This document shows, one piece after another, positions 52,559-62,057 of a stretch of 64,000 nt of DNA. Below the pieces are notes generated by a model, which saw only the letters and a program-made list of their open reading frames with translations, was not told the DNA's origin and searched no databases. Each line of letters opens with the position of its first letter. Within the stretch, counting starts at the first letter, position 1. Source of the DNA: a virus (taxonomy: Duplodnaviria > Heunggongvirae > Uroviricota > Caudoviricetes); IMG/VR virus record IMGVR_UViG_3300021256_000058, positions 117,823 through 181,822 of that record; one strand, 5' to 3'. Made by a program: the position numbers and the translations under genes.

Positions 52559-53861
52559 CGAGAGTGTAGGTTAAGTCAATCCAACCTTCACGGTCGGCCA
52601 ACTTACCATATACTCCTTCTTGTTTAGTGATTACAACTTCTTCACCCTGATGCACTAAACCAAGAACTTCAGAATGCTTATTTGACTCGGCACGAATGTT
52701 CAAAGATTGCGCGGTAATACGCACTTTCTGCCCAGCTGCTACTGATGGTTTTGCCGTGCCTACTCCCCAGCGTGGTACACCATAGCCAGCAATTGAACTA
52801 TAACCAATAGGATAAGTGCGTCTTGCTACTTGGTCAGAAGAGTTGCCTTCAATAGTAACTACAGTAGTTGGGGTGACAGATTCTACGATACCAGTATGGT
52901 TAATACCACCACTGTAATAGAAGAAAATTTGAGAACCAACAGCAGGAGTATTACTCCATTGGCCTGCTGCTTTATAATAATCTGCGGAATAAGAACAAGC
53001 TGCTCCGCAATCACCAGTTTGGCAGATTAGGCGTTCTGCTTTTGCGCGATCGCGTCCGCATAGCACCCAATAGCACCAGTCCGCAAAAACATCGCACCAG
53101 GCATAGCCGTTTTTGTTCCCGTTATAATAACCCGCATTAGCTAAATCACGGGCATATTTTGTCCAGTTATTACCGCCCGCGTTTGCAGTTTTATCATCAA
53201 GCTAAGAATTGCTATTTTTCTCCCGATAGCCAATTTCCGCAGCTGCAATCTTAACTAAATTTTGCGGGGTAATATCTCCACTAACCACAGGAGTTGTGTC
53301 ATCTTTTGGTGTAACATCTGTGGTCGAATCGTCATGCTTATTTTCCTGTGCCTCTTGGATTAATTGTAAATATTTTGGATGAACGTTACCAGTTACCAAT
53401 CCAGTTTTCATAGTAGAAATTGTAACGCTACTACTGTTATTAATATTACGAACATATAAGTTCATTTTAAATAACCAACTTGGAATCTTTTGACCGGTAG
53501 TATATGTTGCACCATCTTTAAGTTTTACAATATCTCCGACAGAGAAATTCTTTACTTGTACTTGGTCATCATCTACAATGACCACGGTTGTCTTAGGATA
53601 GCTTGGATTGGTTACAGTATCTCCAAGAGCTTCATAGAGAGCTGTCCAGCTTTGTGGGCCAAATTCTCCATCTGGATCTAAGGAGTGCTCGGTCTAGAAC
53701 TTTATAACTGCGGCTAGGGTATTTGCCCCAAAATCGCCATCAGCGCCATCTGGGCCAAGGTCGTAACCTAATTCAATCAATTTAGTTTGCATATTTTGAG
53801 TATTAGAGCGATCTCTATTATTCAAACGCAATATAACTGATGGAACCGTTCTTACTGCCAT
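52551..53861 (-). CDS. endolysin: PG_binding_1 + CHAP amidase/peptidase + SH3b, with 2 in-frame TAG
   Basis: An ATG follows the RBS aaaggag. PG_binding_1 reads LGYDLGPDGADGDFGANTLAAVIKF-TAG-TEHSLDPDGEFGPQSW, with the TAG at the conserved FQ position. CHAP reads NGYAWCDVF...NHTGIVESV...EGNSS. The C-terminal SH3b reads KVRITAQSLNIRAE...WIDLTY. The track pieces 52551..53066 and 53202..53585 share a frame. Confidence 0.7.
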
Positions 53862-53884
53862 ATTTATACTCCTTTCTTAATATA

Positions 53885-53915
53885 AAAAAGTAAGGTAGAA
53901 ATAAATTCTACCTTA
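53885..53915 (-). terminator. hairpin overlapping the phoH-like stop
   Basis: aaggtagaa-ataaatt-ctacctt. Confidence 0.5.
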
Positions 53916-55193
53916 CATCTGTTCTGCTATTGCTGCTATTCTGCTTCGATGAATCTTAGTAAGTGTTATTTCACCATAAATATCATGGCCTCTAAATACC
54001 TTTGATGCTCGACGCATACCGTTATTTATTCCAGCAAATGCGATATCATCTACCTAGGCTTTTTCGTCACCATCTATGATACAAATACTATCTTCACCAA
54101 TACGTTGTAATGCTAATTTCATCATCGCAATATCGAGGTTTTGAGCTTCTGAAATATAAATACCAGCTTTCATACCGGTAGTATCATAACCTCTAATATC
54201 AGATAATGGAAGTAGAAGTAATTTTTCTTCATCAATTAATTTTTCTACTTCAATTCTGCTGCCGATTTTACTAATAAGTAAATTACCTATCTAAGAATCA
54301 AGAAGTTTCTCTTCTCTTGTACCGGGCAGATAGCCCAATTTGGCAGCGCCTTTGACCGCAACCGTATTGCAAAATACAATTATCTTTTCAATTTTATGTT
54401 TCTCTAATAAGCTAAATAAATAGCCAAGAGAAAGAATGGTTTTACCAGTGCCCGCAGGACCTTTAATCATAGTAATTTTATTATGAACAAGACTATCTGC
54501 AACAAATTGCTGGTGAATATCACCTGGCATTGGTTTAACTGTTCCGAAATGATCGGATGTAAAAGATGTAAAATTAACTTGTCGCCATCCATCGACTGTG
54601 CGAACTAGTCTGTCTACTGGCTCGCCTTCTGGATTACGTAAGATAAGGTATTGATTTATTAAGCAGTCTATGTCGAATTTATGTGAATAGAAATCTGCCA
54701 TAGTTTGCTCATTGGGGCAAGTAAAATCCATTATACCCGTATATTCATCATCTTCTGGTTCTACTGATTCAAGCATTCCGTCGCCAAAGAAAATGTTAGC
54801 TATTTCAAATAAGCAAGCATCATTGGTTACAAAAATTACTTCATCAGTTCGGACATTATTATTATAATCTATCGCAGTTGCTAATATTTTTGTATCATTA
54901 TTTACAGAAAAATTCTTTTCTAAAATAGGAGCAAGCATATCTTCTGTAAAGATATGAACGTGATATTTACCTCTATTTTTTACTAATAAATTGGTTAAAA
55001 TTCTGGCTTTATATTTGGTATCATCATCTTTATTAGCATTAGTTTTGATAGATTCTAATTCTTGTAAAGTGATAGAAGAAATTACGAACTCTTCGTCAGT
55101 CTTAAAAAGAGTAGGAATTTTTAAGAGTAAAGAGCAAGTATCATAAAATCTTATATCAGTCATCATCGTCTTCTTCCTCCTCATAATATTCAT
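53913..55193 (-). CDS. PIN + PhoH-like ATPase (PhoH2/YlaK-type) with 2 in-frame TAG
   Basis: Walker A GPAGTGKT. The sequence continues across the TAG at 54291 into ..VDEAQN-type DIAMMKLALQRIGEDSICIIDGDEKA-TAG-VDDIAF.., and it ends in TAA. Confidence 0.65.
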
Positions 55194-55209
55194 CTTCTTC
55201 TGATGGGAT

Positions 55210-55422
55210 CTAGAACCCTATTACATGAGTATGTTGGGGTTCTGGCTCTGACATTTTATTGATCGTATTGTTCAATTCTGTGATTTTTACGGTGCAATAG
55301 CCTTTAAGAATTTCTAAGGCCGATAAAAATACAGCGCAGAGCGCATCCAAAAGAGGATAAATTAGAGTACAAAAAACTATACCTAATATAAAGAATATAA
55401 AGTAATTGAGAATAGTAACCAC
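55210..55422 (-). CDS. small membrane protein
   Basis: 70 aa with the hydrophobic core IFFILGIVFCTLIYPLL. Confidence 0.4.
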   Translation of the reverse strand: MVTILNYFIFFILGIVFCTLIYPLLDALCAVFLSALEILKGYCTVKITELNNTINKMSEPEPQHTHVIGF

Positions 55423-55462
55423 TCTCCCCTCATACTTTATATAATAATTATTCTATTTTGTT

Positions 55463-55972
55463 TTATTTATTTTGGCCTTTATTACGGTTTCGTCTAATTG
55501 CTTGATAAAATCCTTCTTTTTCAGCTAAATATAAACGTAAACTAACCTTATGTTTATTAATCATTTCTTTAAATGTTGCAAGATCATCTTCATAATTGTG
55601 AATTTGACGTTGAAGCATTTTGTTCTCATATGATTTGGGATTAAAGTGAGTTGAATGTTTCATTGAATAATAAAGTTGTCTGAGAGCATTATATGCTGGT
55701 CGAAGTTCACAGTCTCTAACATAGCATAAATAATCTATATAAGCGCGTCGATATGCTACTTCCTACCCAACAGTGCGATTCTTAAAATCTACATCATCTG
55801 GATGGCAAGTGGCCGTCCCGCAGAATGTTTTACCATTATATTCAATTATACAACTGGCTATGCCAGTACTTTCATCCCAAGTAAATAAGGGCTCCGTAAG
55901 CATATGGTGTCCTCCTTTATTTAGTATATTAATATTATACCATAAATTTATAGAAAAAGCAAATCCGGACAA
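55463..55972 (-). CDS. hypothetical Cys-rich protein with 1 in-frame TAG (fusion of two track ORFs)
   Basis: The TAG at 55763-65 lies exactly 102 nt, in frame, upstream of the 55663 start, which links 55763..55972 and 55463..55663. Confidence 0.4.
55934..55962 (-). promoter_or_regulatory. sigma70-type promoter TTGCTT-N17-TGgTATAAT
   Basis: + strand attataccat and aagcaa with a 17-nt spacer. Confidence 0.6.
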
Positions 55973-56051
55973 TTTGAAGAAAAAATTAGCCTATGCGGGA
56001 AAATTGCGGCAACGGTCGTTCACGCTGGCCAACTGTCAACAAAAAAGGCGC

Positions 56052-56285
56052 TCATAAAGAGCGCCCTCCCAGTACCTATTCAATAGCCTGCTGCCATTCA
56101 TAGTCATGTTTAATTTTCTTCAATTCTTCTATTGCATCATCAATAGAATAATAGCCATCGTGTTCAAATGAATCACCATAGCCAAGAGAGATCTCTACTT
56201 GCCCGTTAAATTTAAAATCTTGGTCTTCCATTATTACTCCACCACGTCCATGCGCATAGTCCACAATATAGTGCAATACCAACAA
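56052..56285 (-). CDS. hypothetical protein; the track ORF ends in TAG, and TGA follows 8 codons later
   Basis: The TAG at 56076-78 is followed in frame by VLGGRSL and then TGA inside the terminator hairpin aaggcgctc...gagcgcc. Confidence 0.4.
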
Positions 56286-56293
56286 TTACAATT

Positions 56294-56971
56294 TTATCCA
56301 TAATAGCCTCCATCAGGCGGGTCACGTTTAAAATCTTTACATCTTATAGCTTGCCCCGTATAAGCGTTTGCACATTGTAATTCTTTTACACATTTATCAC
56401 AATACACAAATTGTTGATTATAAACTTCTTCTTCAGCTTTTGCTTTAGCACGAAATTCATCAATTTCTTGAATTACAAATTCAAGATCGCAAGGGTAACA
56501 ATCATGAGCATCAACTGATACGTTATAAATCCCATCTTTACCATTATCAAATGGATCAGTTTTATGAGTATGCCCAGAAAGATTCCAGGTTGGATGTTTG
56601 TCTTTATAATTTCCCATTAGCATAGGGTAATGGGTTAGCCAAAGAGAATATTGCCCATACTTAATTCGATAACCAATTTCAATTTTATCAAAGATTTTTT
56701 CTTCATAAAATCTTTCAATGCGTTTATTGCTATCATGATTTCCGATTGCAAGATATTTATGCCCATTTAATCTTTTAAGACATTTAATCCCGGTTTCTGT
56801 ATCTTTAAGTGTGCAATCTCCAAGGATGTAAAGAGTATCTTCGGGGGTTACAATACTATTAAAGCGAGAAATGATTGCTTCATTCATTTCTTCAACAGTT
56901 TTAAACCCTCTTCGCTCATAAACAAAATCTTTATCGTGACAAAAATGCGGGTCACTGGTTACATAAATCAA
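56294..56971 (-). CDS. calcineurin-like metallophosphoesterase
   Basis: Contains IYVTSDPHFCH, ILGDC and GNHD motifs. It is 225 aa, with a C-terminal Cys cluster. Confidence 0.7.
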   Translation of the reverse strand: MIYVTSDPHFCHDKDFVYERRGFKTVEEMNEAIISRFNSIVTPEDTLYILGDCTLKDTETGIKCLKRLNGHKYLAIGNHDSNKRIERFYEEKIFDKIEIGYRIKYGQYSLWLTHYPMLMGNYKDKHPTWNLSGHTHKTDPFDNGKDGIYNVSVDAHDCYPCDLEFVIQEIDEFRAKAKAEEEVYNQQFVYCDKCVKELQCANAYTGQAIRCKDFKRDPPDGGYYG

Positions 56972-56978
56972 TCACTTC

Positions 56979-57473
56979 TCACTCCTTTACATAGATAATA
57001 TTATAATGGTCACTACAACCATCAGTTGCGGGGTCGGTCTGCTGATACCACATGCGGCGGACCGCAGAAACAGGAACAAATGAACGTCCATCTCGTTTCG
57101 CATTACGCTCAAGACAAGTTTCAAGAGGAACTTGAAATGATACTACATTAACATCGGCATTATCCAAATGAAGTCTCTTGAGAATTTTATTACGAGAATT
57201 AAAATTCAAATGAGTGGCATCAACATAAATATTGTCAGGGCCATTTTCATTATCAATTGCCGCATTTGCCGCATCAACAAATTTTTTGAAAACTTCATCT
57301 TCGCGCACAAAATAATATTCGCCTTCTTTAAGATTGGCAAATCTTACTGCATCACGAGAGATATGAATTCCACCATTCTCTGCAATCTGTTTGGCGATAT
57401 AAGTGCTTTTACCACATCCGGGTGCTCCCGACATAAGATATACTTGCTTGTGCTTCATTTTTGAACACTCCAT
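56979..57473 (-). CDS. P-loop polynucleotide kinase-like protein
   Basis: Walker A YLMSGAPGCGKST. It is 164 aa and lies immediately upstream of the metallophosphoesterase. Confidence 0.55.
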   Translation of the reverse strand: MECSKMKHKQVYLMSGAPGCGKSTYIAKQIAENGGIHISRDAVRFANLKEGEYYFVREDEVFKKFVDAANAAIDNENGPDNIYVDATHLNFNSRNKILKRLHLDNADVNVVSFQVPLETCLERNAKRDGRSFVPVSAVRRMWYQQTDPATDGCSDHYNIIYVKE

Positions 57474-57675
57474 TCTGAAAATCTTTTAAAAATTCTTGTA
57501 CTTCTTCTTCATTTGTGCATTCGATATGATTTACTGTTTGTTTACAATTCGGACAATAAAGCACCTTTCTGTGGAATTTACCGTGTTTATGATTATTTCT
57601 TCTACTAATTGGAATCCCGCGTTTACCGCAGTTCATACAATAAAATTCATGCGTTTCATAACTTGCCATCACCAT
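57409..57675 (-). CDS. zinc-ribbon protein
   Basis: CMNCGKR...CPNCKQT. Confidence 0.4.
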   Translation of the reverse strand: MVMASYETHEFYCMNCGKRGIPISRRNNHKHGKFHRKVLYCPNCKQTVNHIECTNEEEVQEFLKDFQNGVFKNEAQASISYVGSTRMW

Positions 57676-57698
57676 TACCTTCCTTTATCTTTAATTAT

Positions 57699-57727
57699 AT
57701 TATACCATATTTTAAATAAAAAATCAA
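57699..57727 (-). promoter_or_regulatory. sigma70-type promoter TTGATT-N17-TGgTATAAT
   Basis: + strand attataccat 57699-708 and aatcaa 57722-27, with a 17-nt spacer. Confidence 0.65.
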
Positions 57728-57744
57728 GAAAGGACTAAATATCT

Positions 57745-58110
57745 TTAGTCCTCTTCTCTCTCTTGGATTACAAAAATGTCTCCACGATGTTCCAACACAT
57801 CATATTTTTTAATTACTTCAATATAAGGCATATCTGAAAATTTAACCTCATAAATTGGTTTTTCTTTTGTAATAGGAACTTGATGGAAACAAGCTACTGA
57901 GCCGGCAATTGCTCCTGCTAAAATTAATATTAAAAACATTTCAGCTGGATCAAAATCTCCACGATTATTTATTCTATATCGCACATATGCAATTAGTCCA
58001 ATTAAAGCACCAATTCCCAGTAGTACTCCAAAAATCCACATATTATCAGGGTCTAGTCCCCAAGAACTTCCAATTTTAACTGTCTCTGTATACTGGTTCA
58101 CAATTTCCAC
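57745..58110 (-). CDS. membrane protein (2 TM)
   Basis: Contains the hydrophobic segments WIFGVLLGIGALIGLIAYV and LILILAGAIAGSVA. Confidence 0.45.
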   Translation of the reverse strand: MEIVNQYTETVKIGSSWGLDPDNMWIFGVLLGIGALIGLIAYVRYRINNRGDFDPAEMFLILILAGAIAGSVACFHQVPITKEKPIYEVKFSDMPYIEVIKKYDVLEHRGDIFVIQEREED

Positions 58111-58555
58111 TTTTAATTTCCTCCCGCACTTGCATTAAGATCTTACCAAGTCTATTTTCGCCAGGAATATTTTTGCATTTAGGACAATGACAATTTCCCC
58201 AAATATTATCATGCCATGTATTACCTTCCTCAAGTTCTTCATCACCAGTCTCCAGAAGCAATTCACGCAGATCAATCCAACGGAATTTCCCACGTACACC
58301 TTCCAACATTACGTCAGTTTTTATAGCGTTCCAGTCTGGGCGTAAGTCAACGTGTCTGCCTATACGCTTGGCTTCTCCTGGTGTGCTGGCCGCTGCTATT
58401 TCTCGCCTAATATTTAGGTCTTTTGTTTTCATAGCCTGAAAATAATGCTCTACTGTTGGGTAATCAATGATTTCTCCTTGACCCGGCTCTTCATGCACTG
58501 GAGATGGAGCAAAATTACTTAAAAAAGCATATTTCCCTTCAAAACTATCAATCAT
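58076..58555 (-). CDS. NADAR (YbiA/DUF1768) domain protein
   Basis: Contains YAFLSNFAPSPV...VEHYFQAMK...GEAKRIGR. It is 159 aa. Confidence 0.65.
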   Translation of the reverse strand: MIDSFEGKYAFLSNFAPSPVHEEPGQGEIIDYPTVEHYFQAMKTKDLNIRREIAAASTPGEAKRIGRHVDLRPDWNAIKTDVMLEGVRGKFRWIDLRELLLETGDEELEEGNTWHDNIWGNCHCPKCKNIPGENRLGKILMQVREEIKSGNCEPVYRDS

Positions 58556-58590
58556 ATTTTAAATCACCTTTATCTTTATTTTATATATAT

Positions 58591-58619
58591 ATTATACCAT
58601 ATTATTTAATAAAAATCAA
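58591..58619 (-). promoter_or_regulatory. sigma70-type promoter TTGATT-N17-TGgTATAAT
   Basis: + strand attataccat 58591-600 and aatcaa 58614-19, with a 17-nt spacer. Confidence 0.65.
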
Positions 58620-58631
58620 TATATAAAATAA

Positions 58632-58666
58632 ATACGGGACACATTATTATGTCCCGTATTTCTTAT
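58632..58666 (-). terminator. hairpin terminator
   Basis: atacgggaca-cattattat-gtcccgtat, followed on the - strand by a T-rich run. Confidence 0.6.
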
Positions 58667-58671
58667 TGACA

Positions 58672-59565
58672 TTATTCAGTTGGTACATTTTCAGTCGGTG
58701 TATTGGTAAGATCTAGCATAATACCAGTAGTATCACCAAGCATAGTAGTAGGCAGTTCACCATTCCACTGTTTAATCCAGTAGTAATCAATCAACTCTGG
58801 ACTCAAAGCTTCTGCGATGCGCTGGTTCATTTCTGCCTCACGCTGGCCTGCATACAGACTTGCTTCAGCTTGAATCTTTACTACCTCAAGATCCGCATTA
58901 GCCGCGATTACCGCCTGTTCAGCGTCTGCATTTGCAGTAATAATTGCACGTTTAGCTCTTGCTTCCTCTTCCATAGTGGCCTGCTCTTGTTCAGTCTGAG
59001 CTTTTAGTTTATTCTGGGCAGCAACCTGCTTTGCTTCTACGGCATTAGTAAAAGCATCAGTAAAGTCCAGATCTTCAATGGAAGTGCCAACAATTTCGAT
59101 ATTGTACTTCTGGAGTAATACAACAAGGATTTCCTCAATTTCAGTTGCAAGCTTATCACGATTATTAATTAGACCTTCAGCAGTATAATGAGCTGTGGCA
59201 GTCTTTACAGCTTCACTGATATTAGGAGCAATGACTGTATCGAAGTAGCCTTTGCCAATAGTGCGGTAAATAGTCATTGCATCACTCTTGCTGATCTGAT
59301 AGTTGATTGTATATGTAACTGCTGTTTCCTGAATGTCTTTAGAAAATGCGCTCATTTGAATTGTATGCTTCTGGATTCGGTTGTCCATTTTTACAACGCT
59401 TGTAAAAGGTGATTTTAGATGAAAACCACTATCAAGCGTATAGTCTGCGACTTTACCAAATGTGACTGGCACTCCAGTAAATCCTGCTGGAACTGAAGTA
59501 AAACATGACAGCCCAATCAGTGTTAGCAATGCAACAATGACAGCAATAACAATCAGTCTTTTCAT
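58672..59565 (-). CDS. SPFH/band-7 (prohibitin/HflC-like) membrane protein
   Basis: An N-terminal TM helix, then an SPFH core (..YTINYQISKSDAMTIYRTIG..), then an Ala/Glu/Gln-rich coiled coil. Confidence 0.65.
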   Translation of the reverse strand: MKRLIVIAVIVALLTLIGLSCFTSVPAGFTGVPVTFGKVADYTLDSGFHLKSPFTSVVKMDNRIQKHTIQMSAFSKDIQETAVTYTINYQISKSDAMTIYRTIGKGYFDTVIAPNISEAVKTATAHYTAEGLINNRDKLATEIEEILVVLLQKYNIEIVGTSIEDLDFTDAFTNAVEAKQVAAQNKLKAQTEQEQATMEEEARAKRAIITANADAEQAVIAANADLEVVKIQAEASLYAGQREAEMNQRIAEALSPELIDYYWIKQWNGELPTTMLGDTTGIMLDLTNTPTENVPTE

Positions 59566-59608
59566 TATTTAGTTTTCTCCTTTTATTCTATCTATAATGG
59601 CTTCCTTC

Positions 59609-60835
59609 TTAGCCGTGGAATTTAAGAAGGAAGCTATTGCTTACTGCTTTGAAAGATTTCTGACCATCAAGGCTACGCAAGACGAATCCCTCACGAGGTT
59701 TCCCATCGAGTTTAGAATTGCCTTCGGCCATAGCCAGAAGTCCATCAACATCAAGTCCATCGAACTTGAAATTACTATCTACTACTGGTACACAAGGTAC
59801 TTCATAGCCATTCAGCTCAATGATCATATCGAGAGTTCCCCAACGACCCTTATCTGAAGTGATTAGGTTAAAAGCCCGGAAATCATGATCTTCGATTGAA
59901 TAATCACGACGCTGGACTCCCGCGCCATAAGTTTCACCCTGGATAGTAACCCACTGAGCTTCTGGATGGTTCATCAGAAATTTATTGAGTACGTTGAACA
60001 TATCATATTTCTGAGCCATTTCCCAGTAAATATTGGTGTCATAATAGCAAGGTTTATCCACGCTATCAAAGCAGACGTTACGAGAACAAACGTAGAAATC
60101 ATTTTTTCTGTGTTTTCCACGCTTCATAGTGAAAGTAGTAGAACTACCATCAATTTTCTCGGTAACAATCCAATCCCCAGTATCATTAAGAATCCAAGGC
60201 ATATTCTGTACACGCTCTTCATCGGTTTTAGCTACCCATTCAGGCCAGCCATTTTTCTTATCTTTCTTTTTACCGAAAAGAACAAATAGAATCTTTTTAC
60301 CCCAAGTGCGTTTCATAAGCCAACGCACGAAAGGCTTACGGAAGATCGCAGGATGGCGCTGAGCCATCTTTTTATATTTATCTGCGGAAGGAGCTTTTCT
60401 CTGGTTATCTTCAGCATCAGCGTAAGTCACACCAAGTTCTTTAGTAAGAAAACGAGACTCACCATCAGCGTACCAAATACGAGAATTATCTTTAGGATCA
60501 TAAATAAGAACATGTCCATCTGCGTCAAGGCCATTTTTCCAACCAAAATCTTCTGCGTGCATAAGGAGACCCTGAGAAAGAACTTTACACATTTTAAGGG
60601 TTTTGACTTTATAATTGCGTTTCTCAAGAAATGCAAAGCATTCCTTATCTGCGGGAACACGAGAGTCAATTTCAAAATAGATTGCAGGATCACCAACTTT
60701 AAACTGGCCTTTCTGCACAATTACTCGCCAGCCACCAACGGTAGCATGTTCTACTCGGTCATAGCCAGGGATAGGATCAATTCCATCTATGGTTACTACA
60801 TATGCAAGCTCACGCTCGCTGTTTGCATTTAGCAT
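59609..60835 (-). CDS. ATP-dependent RNA/DNA ligase-family nucleotidyltransferase
   Basis: The KxDG adenylation motif, in WIVTEKIDGSSTTFTM, sits around residue 225 of 408. Confidence 0.55.
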   Translation of the reverse strand: MLNANSERELAYVVTIDGIDPIPGYDRVEHATVGGWRVIVQKGQFKVGDPAIYFEIDSRVPADKECFAFLEKRNYKVKTLKMCKVLSQGLLMHAEDFGWKNGLDADGHVLIYDPKDNSRIWYADGESRFLTKELGVTYADAEDNQRKAPSADKYKKMAQRHPAIFRKPFVRWLMKRTWGKKILFVLFGKKKDKKNGWPEWVAKTDEERVQNMPWILNDTGDWIVTEKIDGSSTTFTMKRGKHRKNDFYVCSRNVCFDSVDKPCYYDTNIYWEMAQKYDMFNVLNKFLMNHPEAQWVTIQGETYGAGVQRRDYSIEDHDFRAFNLITSDKGRWGTLDMIIELNGYEVPCVPVVDSNFKFDGLDVDGLLAMAEGNSKLDGKPREGFVLRSLDGQKSFKAVSNSFLLKFHG

Positions 60836-60856
60836 TTTTGAACACTCCTTTCTATT

Positions 60857-61090
60857 TTAATAATCTATTTCATCATATTGTTTTAATTCTTCGTTAAAAT
60901 AATATTGAATCTGATGAATTGTATAATCAATACCATTAGCATAGGCATTACAAGTTGCTTCATAATGCCATCCATTAGGTCTATTGCCTTGCTCATAACC
61001 GAGCCTTTCTTCTCTGCCTAATTTATAATGAAGTTCTTTTTCTCGTTTTAAACTTTCTACGAGATTACCTATTTTAATAAATGTTTCCAT
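60857..61090 (-). CDS. hypothetical protein
   Basis: An intact 77-aa ORF ending in TAA. Confidence 0.4.
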   Translation of the reverse strand: METFIKIGNLVESLKREKELHYKLGREERLGYEQGNRPNGWHYEATCNAYANGIDYTIHQIQYYFNEELKQYDEIDY

Positions 61091-61283
61091 TTATTTCTCC
61101 TTCAAGCAAGGCGCATACTCTATCACAAGCATCATCTTTCTCTGCTTCAGTTATTTTACGCCATTTCCAAGCCCAACTAATATAATCGGCTATGGAAGAA
61201 ATGGAACGCTCATAGTATCCATGTTTCTCATGCTGTTTAATGGCGCGATCAATTTTTTCATAGACAGTCATATTAATCCTCAC
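61074..61283 (-). CDS. hypothetical protein
   Basis: An intact 69-aa ORF. Confidence 0.4.
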   Translation of the reverse strand: MRINMTVYEKIDRAIKQHEKHGYYERSISSIADYISWAWKWRKITEAEKDDACDRVCALLEGEINGNIY

Positions 61284-61842
61284 ATTTTCTCAGCACATAA
61301 TTACCAAACTTAATTGATACAGTCGGATTGGCGGCCTTCTTCACTTTTTCAAACGTCTCAAGAACGCCTTTCGGGTTGCTCGACAAAGATTTATCTGCCA
61401 GCATAAGAGCTTTGGCAACATCGAACTCAACTTTGACCCCGTTCATAAAGACTTTTGTCACTGGAGCCGATTCCGCACCAGGGGCGCTGACCGCATGTAT
61501 CGCCTGATCTTCTTTAGCTCTTTTGGTGTTTTCTTCCTTAGTAACCCATTCCAAATTTTTGAGAGAGTTATCTCTGGTATTATGATTCAGATGATCGACG
61601 GTGAGATTCGCGTAGTTAGGAACTGGATTGAAAGTCTGCATAACCAGTCTATGTACGAGTTTCCCTTTATAGACAAGGTAATTATCTTTTACACCAACTG
61701 TCTGCAGAACGCCATTCTTATCTTTGATGCGCCCAAGAGAGGAAACATAAATATCCAAAGCCATACAATATTTCCATTTCTCAATCCCAAAATGGATCTG
61801 CGGACGCAAGAATTTAATCTTTTCTTTGACTGTCATAATCAT
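61273..61842 (-). CDS. HNH homing-endonuclease-like protein
   Basis: Contains LTVDHLNHNTRDNSLKNLEWVTKEEN, an HNH motif, and has a NUMOD-like N-terminus. Confidence 0.6.
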   Translation of the reverse strand: MIMTVKEKIKFLRPQIHFGIEKWKYCMALDIYVSSLGRIKDKNGVLQTVGVKDNYLVYKGKLVHRLVMQTFNPVPNYANLTVDHLNHNTRDNSLKNLEWVTKEENTKRAKEDQAIHAVSAPGAESAPVTKVFMNGVKVEFDVAKALMLADKSLSSNPKGVLETFEKVKKAANPTVSIKFGNYVLRKCED

Positions 61843-62024
61843 CAGCTCCTAACGGTTTTAGTATAATAAGCAATCGTCATAATATATCCAGGTAAAGATT
61901 CATGAGCATAACACATTGTCACACTAACAACTCGATCAGAGAAATGTAATTCTGACCAATATTTTAATTTCTCATTTGCGTCATTTTGATCTTGTACCCA
62001 TATATTTTCAACTTGAAGATACAT
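61842..62024 (-). CDS. hypothetical protein
   Basis: An intact 60-aa ORF. Confidence 0.35.
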   Translation of the reverse strand: MYLQVENIWVQDQNDANEKLKYWSELHFSDRVVSVTMCYAHESLPGYIMTIAYYTKTVRS

Positions 62025-62057
62025 AATTTTTTAATTCCTTATCAACTTTGTATATAT

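Noticed and set aside
42664-61842. The GIY-YIG and HNH genes as mobile homing-endonuclease insertions (mobile_element).
   Set aside because: I saw no interrupted host gene, intron or intein boundaries, or flanking target duplications. The GIY-YIG protein is a TM/coiled-coil fusion rather than a free-standing HEG. I kept both as CDS.
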